A DNA stretch of 64,000 nt, taken from NCBI GenBank assembly GCA_963762115.1, contig CAVXJH010000006.1, forward strand, positions 224,001-288,000, given 5' to 3'. Source of the DNA: Candidatus Babeliales bacterium. GTDB lineage: Bacteria > Babelota > Babeliae > Babelales > JANWKD01. The notes under the pieces are model-generated. The model had not been told where the DNA came from. It worked only from the letters and a program-made list of their open reading frames with translations, and searched no databases. Position numbers and translations under genes: made by a program. This document shows positions 60,156-64,000 of the stretch, one piece after another (the first letter of the stretch is position 1; every line of letters begins with the position of its first letter).

Positions 60156-62868
60156 TGACTTCTTGCCAATTGTTGCCAAATCGCGTTGTCACTTTTAAAG
60201 GCACGCTCCAAGTAACAATATTTTCAAGAACATCCTTTACGATTTTTTCAGTTTCATCTTTTTGTGCAATAGGCACCGAGATAATCAACTCATCGTGAAT
60301 TTGTAGGACAAGCTTTGCATCTAACTTTTTTTCTGTAAAAATGTTGTGCAGTGAAATCATGCCACGTTTCATTATTTCTGCAGCGGTACCTTGTGCTTTG
60401 GTATTAATAGCAATGCGACACCCTGCATCATAGAGCATTTTATTTTTTTCATAAATAGCGGGCACATATCTTTTTCTTCCATAAAGGGTCGTAACATACC
60501 CATCTTTTTTGGTTTCTTCAATGATCTTTTCCATCCAGGTTGATACGGCGGGATATTGTGCAAAATATTTTTCAATATATGTTTTTGCTTCTTTGAATGA
60601 AATGCCCAAATCTTGTGATAATCCATAAGGAGTGAGGCCATATAAAATACTAAAATTAATTCGTTTGCCAATTTGGCGTTGTTCATGGGTGACATTTTCA
60701 AGGGCAACATCAAAAATCTTTGCGGCTGTTTTTGCATGAATATCTTGATCATGTAAAAAAGCATCAATCAATTGTTGGTCTTGAGAAAGTTGTGCCAAAA
60801 CGCGTAGTTCAATTTGTGAGTAGTCAGCAGAAAGAAAAACATGTCCTTGTGCGGGTTTGAAAGCTGAACGAATGTGTATTTCATAAGGGGATTCTGTGGG
60901 GATATTTTGTAAATTTGGATCTGAACTAGAAAGTCTGCCCGTTGCAACACCTGTTTGACTAAAATTAGTATGAATTTTACCTGTTTGCGGATTTATATAG
61001 GTTGGTAAGGCATCAATATAGGTGCTTTTTAATTTATATAATTCGCGATATTGTAATAATAATTTTGGCACAGGATGTATTTTTGCAAGTTCTTGTAATA
61101 CTTCAACATCAGTCGAATAACCAGTTCTTTTTGAACTTTTCTTTTGTGTTGGCAGTTTAAGTTCGTAAAACAAAAGTTGTTCAACTTGTTTGGGTGAATT
61201 CAAATTTATTTCTTTGAATTGTTCGCCACTTAAATCAACAATAGTATTACGTACGATTTCTAAATCTTTGATGACTGTTGTATCAAGTTTTTTTAGAATT
61301 TCTGTATCAAGATAGATACCTTCTGCTTCCATAGCAAAAAGAACATTAATGAGGGGCAATTCAATATCATAATAGAGTTGCTCCATACCTTGTTCTTTTA
61401 GTTCTTTTTGCAAAATAGGCACTAATTGCATTGTTTGATGAGCATCAGCAGCACCATATTCCGTTGCAAGATTAAGAGGTACTTGTGAAAAATCTTTTAA
61501 TTTTTTTTCAGTGACAACTTCTTGAAAACTAAACATTGGCTCATCCAAATAAAGTTCTGATAAGGCTTTGAGGTTAATTCTTTGCCAGTCTTTAGTTACC
61601 AGTTGTGCAGCGACTAAGGTATCAAAAACAAGATTATTAACACCTTGTTTATAGTGCCATAAAGCAAGTTCATCAAATTTGGCATGGTGCATAATTTTTT
61701 TTATGGTTGGATCAAGTAAGAGGGGAGAAAGCGCTGTTAACACTTCTTGCCGAGTGAGTTGTGGTTCAATGGTGATATGCCCAAAAGGAATATAATAAGC
61801 AGTTCCTTTTTCAACACAAAGGCATATGCCAATAAGCGTGTTATCTAATGGTTTTAAGCCATTTAATTCAGTATCAAGCGCAACAACTTTTTTTGTTTTT
61901 ATTTCATCACACACTTCTTTGAGTTGTTCTAATGTTGTTATTGTTTTGAATAAATACCCTTTTGATTTTGATAAAAATTCTTTTTCTTGCGTTTTTTGTG
62001 ATGCATTTTTTGCGATTTCTTCAAGTAATGACTTAAAATTAAGTTCTTTGAATAATGGTGCTGCATTTGACCATTGTTTTTCAAAAAACTCTAATGCATT
62101 TTTTGGGCATTTGAGGTCATAATAGTGCAGTTTAAATAATTTTTCGCTCAAAAATGCATTCTCTTTATTTTCTTCTAACAATTTTCGCGTACGTTCTTTT
62201 GCTACTTTTTCAAGATTGGCATAAAGATCTTCAAGTGAGTCGAATTGTTGGACTAAATCGGTTGCTGATTTCTCACCAACACCTTTTACTCCCGGTATGT
62301 TATCAGAGGTATCCCCAACCAAAGAAAAATAAAAAGGTAATTTTGAAACAGGGAATCCTTTATTTTTTTGGAAAGAATCAGCGGTGATAAAAACATCTTT
62401 AAAAGAATCATAAATGGTGATGTGTTCATCAAGAGTTTGTGCCATATCTTTATCAGAGGTTAAGATAATTACCTTATCACCTTGTTTGGCATAATCTTGT
62501 GCAAGAGAATAGAGCAAGTCATCAGCTTCTATGCCGGTTTGTTCTATTTGTTTCAGACCTATTAACTCAGCGAATTGTTGAATATACTGTTTTTGTTCAA
62601 AAAGATCACTTGGTGGGGCTTGACGCGTTGCTTTATACGCAGGAAAGAGTTCATGGCGAACCGTTTTTCCTTTGCTGTCCCATACAAGAGCAATGTGTTC
62701 AGGTTGGAAGGTGGTAATAATTTTTTTTATCATTCTGCAAAAACTATAAACCGCTTGTACAGGAATTCCTTGAGGTGTGTGCAAGGGGCGCAATCCATAA
62801 TAAGCACGATATAAAAATCCTGATCCATCAATGAGAATAATTGCTTTATTTGTTTCTGGTTTTGCCAC
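60148..62868 (-). CDS. polA: DNA polymerase I
   Basis: LIDGS 5'-exonuclease, LDTE 3'-exonuclease, ADYSQIELR and QIHDE; probable GTG start at 62868 after AAGGA. Confidence 0.97.
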   Translation of the reverse strand: MAKPETNKAIILIDGSGFLYRAYYGLRPLHTPQGIPVQAVYSFCRMIKKIITTFQPEHIALVWDSKGKTVRHELFPAYKATRQAPPSDLFEQKQYIQQFAELIGLKQIEQTGIEADDLLYSLAQDYAKQGDKVIILTSDKDMAQTLDEHITIYDSFKDVFITADSFQKNKGFPVSKLPFYFSLVGDTSDNIPGVKGVGEKSATDLVQQFDSLEDLYANLEKVAKERTRKLLEENKENAFLSEKLFKLHYYDLKCPKNALEFFEKQWSNAAPLFKELNFKSLLEEIAKNASQKTQEKEFLSKSKGYLFKTITTLEQLKEVCDEIKTKKVVALDTELNGLKPLDNTLIGICLCVEKGTAYYIPFGHITIEPQLTRQEVLTALSPLLLDPTIKKIMHHAKFDELALWHYKQGVNNLVFDTLVAAQLVTKDWQRINLKALSELYLDEPMFSFQEVVTEKKLKDFSQVPLNLATEYGAADAHQTMQLVPILQKELKEQGMEQLYYDIELPLINVLFAMEAEGIYLDTEILKKLDTTVIKDLEIVRNTIVDLSGEQFKEINLNSPKQVEQLLFYELKLPTQKKSSKRTGYSTDVEVLQELAKIHPVPKLLLQYRELYKLKSTYIDALPTYINPQTGKIHTNFSQTGVATGRLSSSDPNLQNIPTESPYEIHIRSAFKPAQGHVFLSADYSQIELRVLAQLSQDQQLIDAFLHDQDIHAKTAAKIFDVALENVTHEQRQIGKRINFSILYGLTPYGLSQDLGISFKEAKTYIEKYFAQYPAVSTWMEKIIEETKKDGYVTTLYGRKRYVPAIYEKNKMLYDAGCRIAINTKAQGTAAEIMKRGMISLHNIFTEKKLDAKLVLQIHDELIISVPIAQKDETEKIVKDVLENIVTWSVPLKVTTRFGNNWQEVTK

Positions 62869-63069
62869 GCGAAAGTCCTTTTTTGTATGTCCTAAAAAGA
62901 GTATACTTAAGAATAGTGCAGATAGGGTTAGGAAACAACTTGATTTTTTTTGATTCATAGAATAAGTATAAAGCTTTATGCTCAAAAAGCAAAATCATAA
63001 AAGCAAAAAATCTCTAATATAAAAATAAAAAAACTGTTTGTCTTAGTGTTTTAACGGAAAAAAATCATC

Positions 63070-64000
63070 ATGTTAATAAGTATACTAGTGCTTTTTCTGT
63101 GGAGTTCTTTTGTTTATGCAATGGAAGAACGAATTTGTCCTCTTCCAAAAAAAAGTGAAATGAAAAAATATCTCGATAAAGCACCAGTTTTTTCAGCCCA
63201 ACAGTACGTATTTTCTGAAAAACTTGATGATATAGTTTCAACCGCAAAAATTATGGATATTTTGCAATCTAATCGTATTGAAGATCTTGTTACTTTTAAG
63301 ACAGTTGATGAACAAAGTATTACTGCTTTAAAAAAAGTTTGTTATCAGTCAAAATTTTTGGAAGCATTTATTAATTTCTCTCAAGAGCAAGGCGACACTC
63401 AATCTCGAAAGCAAGACGACATTCAATTAAAAGAATTAGATTATGCAACTATGCATAATGTTCTTTATCTTTGTGCGCTTACGATGCAAAAAGAGCATAT
63501 TCAAAAAAGAATGTTAGAGCGTTTATCGCTGGAAGAATCTGCTCAAATATGGGCTTACAGTGATTATTTTGGTATTGATAAAAAACCATTTGTTCCTCAA
63601 TATACACGTTATCTAATGAGTGAAGATGGTGTAAAAGATATAAAAAATGGTGAATTGAAGTTGTTGGGAGATACTACTTTACAAGATTCAGTTGAATTAT
63701 GTTCTGAAGAATTAAAAAGATATCCTCCGGGTTTGTTATGCTACGTGAAGGGTAGAGCTAAATCGTTTTTTGTAAATAAATATTTATATAGTTGTTCTAA
63801 TTTTGAAGAACCTGTTGGCAATATTTTAATCAATAATGCACAATCAGCAAAACTTACTTTTAATAGAGAGCATTCACATCTTAGAATGTGGGATTTGAAA
63901 ACGAATAAATTGTTATATTTGGTTAAACAAAGAAATCATACACTGCTTGGTGTATGTATGGGTTGTGATGATGCACTTATTATTACGTTATCTAATCACA
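63070..64000 (+). CDS. Secreted Skp1/BTB-like protein with a probable WD40 region; runs off the window and is absent from the ORF track
   Basis: MLISILVLFLWSSFVYA-ME; LVTFKTVDEQSITALKKVCYQSKFL...IQLKELDYATM...IWAYSDYFGI; LRMWDLKT. Confidence 0.7.
   Translation, partial: MLISILVLFLWSSFVYAMEERICPLPKKSEMKKYLDKAPVFSAQQYVFSEKLDDIVSTAKIMDILQSNRIEDLVTFKTVDEQSITALKKVCYQSKFLEAFINFSQEQGDTQSRKQDDIQLKELDYATMHNVLYLCALTMQKEHIQKRMLERLSLEESAQIWAYSDYFGIDKKPFVPQYTRYLMSEDGVKDIKNGELKLLGDTTLQDSVELCSEELKRYPPGLLCYVKGRAKSFFVNKYLYSCSNFEEPVGNILINNAQSAKLTFNREHSHLRMWDLKTNKLLYLVKQRNHTLLGVCMGCDDALIITLSNH

Noticed and set aside
772..62814. Numerous short ORFs overlapping longer genes (e.g. 772, 4055, 6334, 38309, 53418, 56883, 60372)
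   Set aside because: Shadow frames of well-supported genes with no independent motifs.
62869..62985. Signal- or TM-like N-terminal extension on PolA
   Set aside because: A GTG with an AAGGA SD at 62868 gives a normal PolA start; the extension is probably untranslated.

Overview
AT-rich bacterial chromosome segment. Housekeeping genes (tpiA, secG, mlaE/F, cysS, bamA, tsaB, tsaD, glyA, rho, secF, rpmA, thyX, polA) are interleaved with many signal-peptide proteins carrying ankyrin, F-box-like or Skp1/BTB-like domains and with Cys-rich beta-helix proteins. This suggests a protist-associated intracellular bacterium, probably Candidatus Dependentiae/TM6 (inference). The highlight is an intact IS110-family bridge-recombinase element (29967-31177, minus). 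Its bridge RNA, CT core, donor and target guides and circle-junction promoter can all be read from the sequence. It sits inside an IS481 transposase gene, and that IS481 sits inside a REP-like palindrome. Other notable items: a 2005-aa Cys-rich repeat/beta-helix protein behind a 24x7-bp probable phase-variation tract; an unassigned ~155-nt structured RNA candidate (12719-12873); photolyase remnants between tandem F-box/ankyrin genes; a recurring Met-[EQDN] motif after predicted signal peptides; a missed 59-aa zinc-ribbon gene; and a TnpA-only IS200. All calls come from manual motif reading; no searches or folding software were run.
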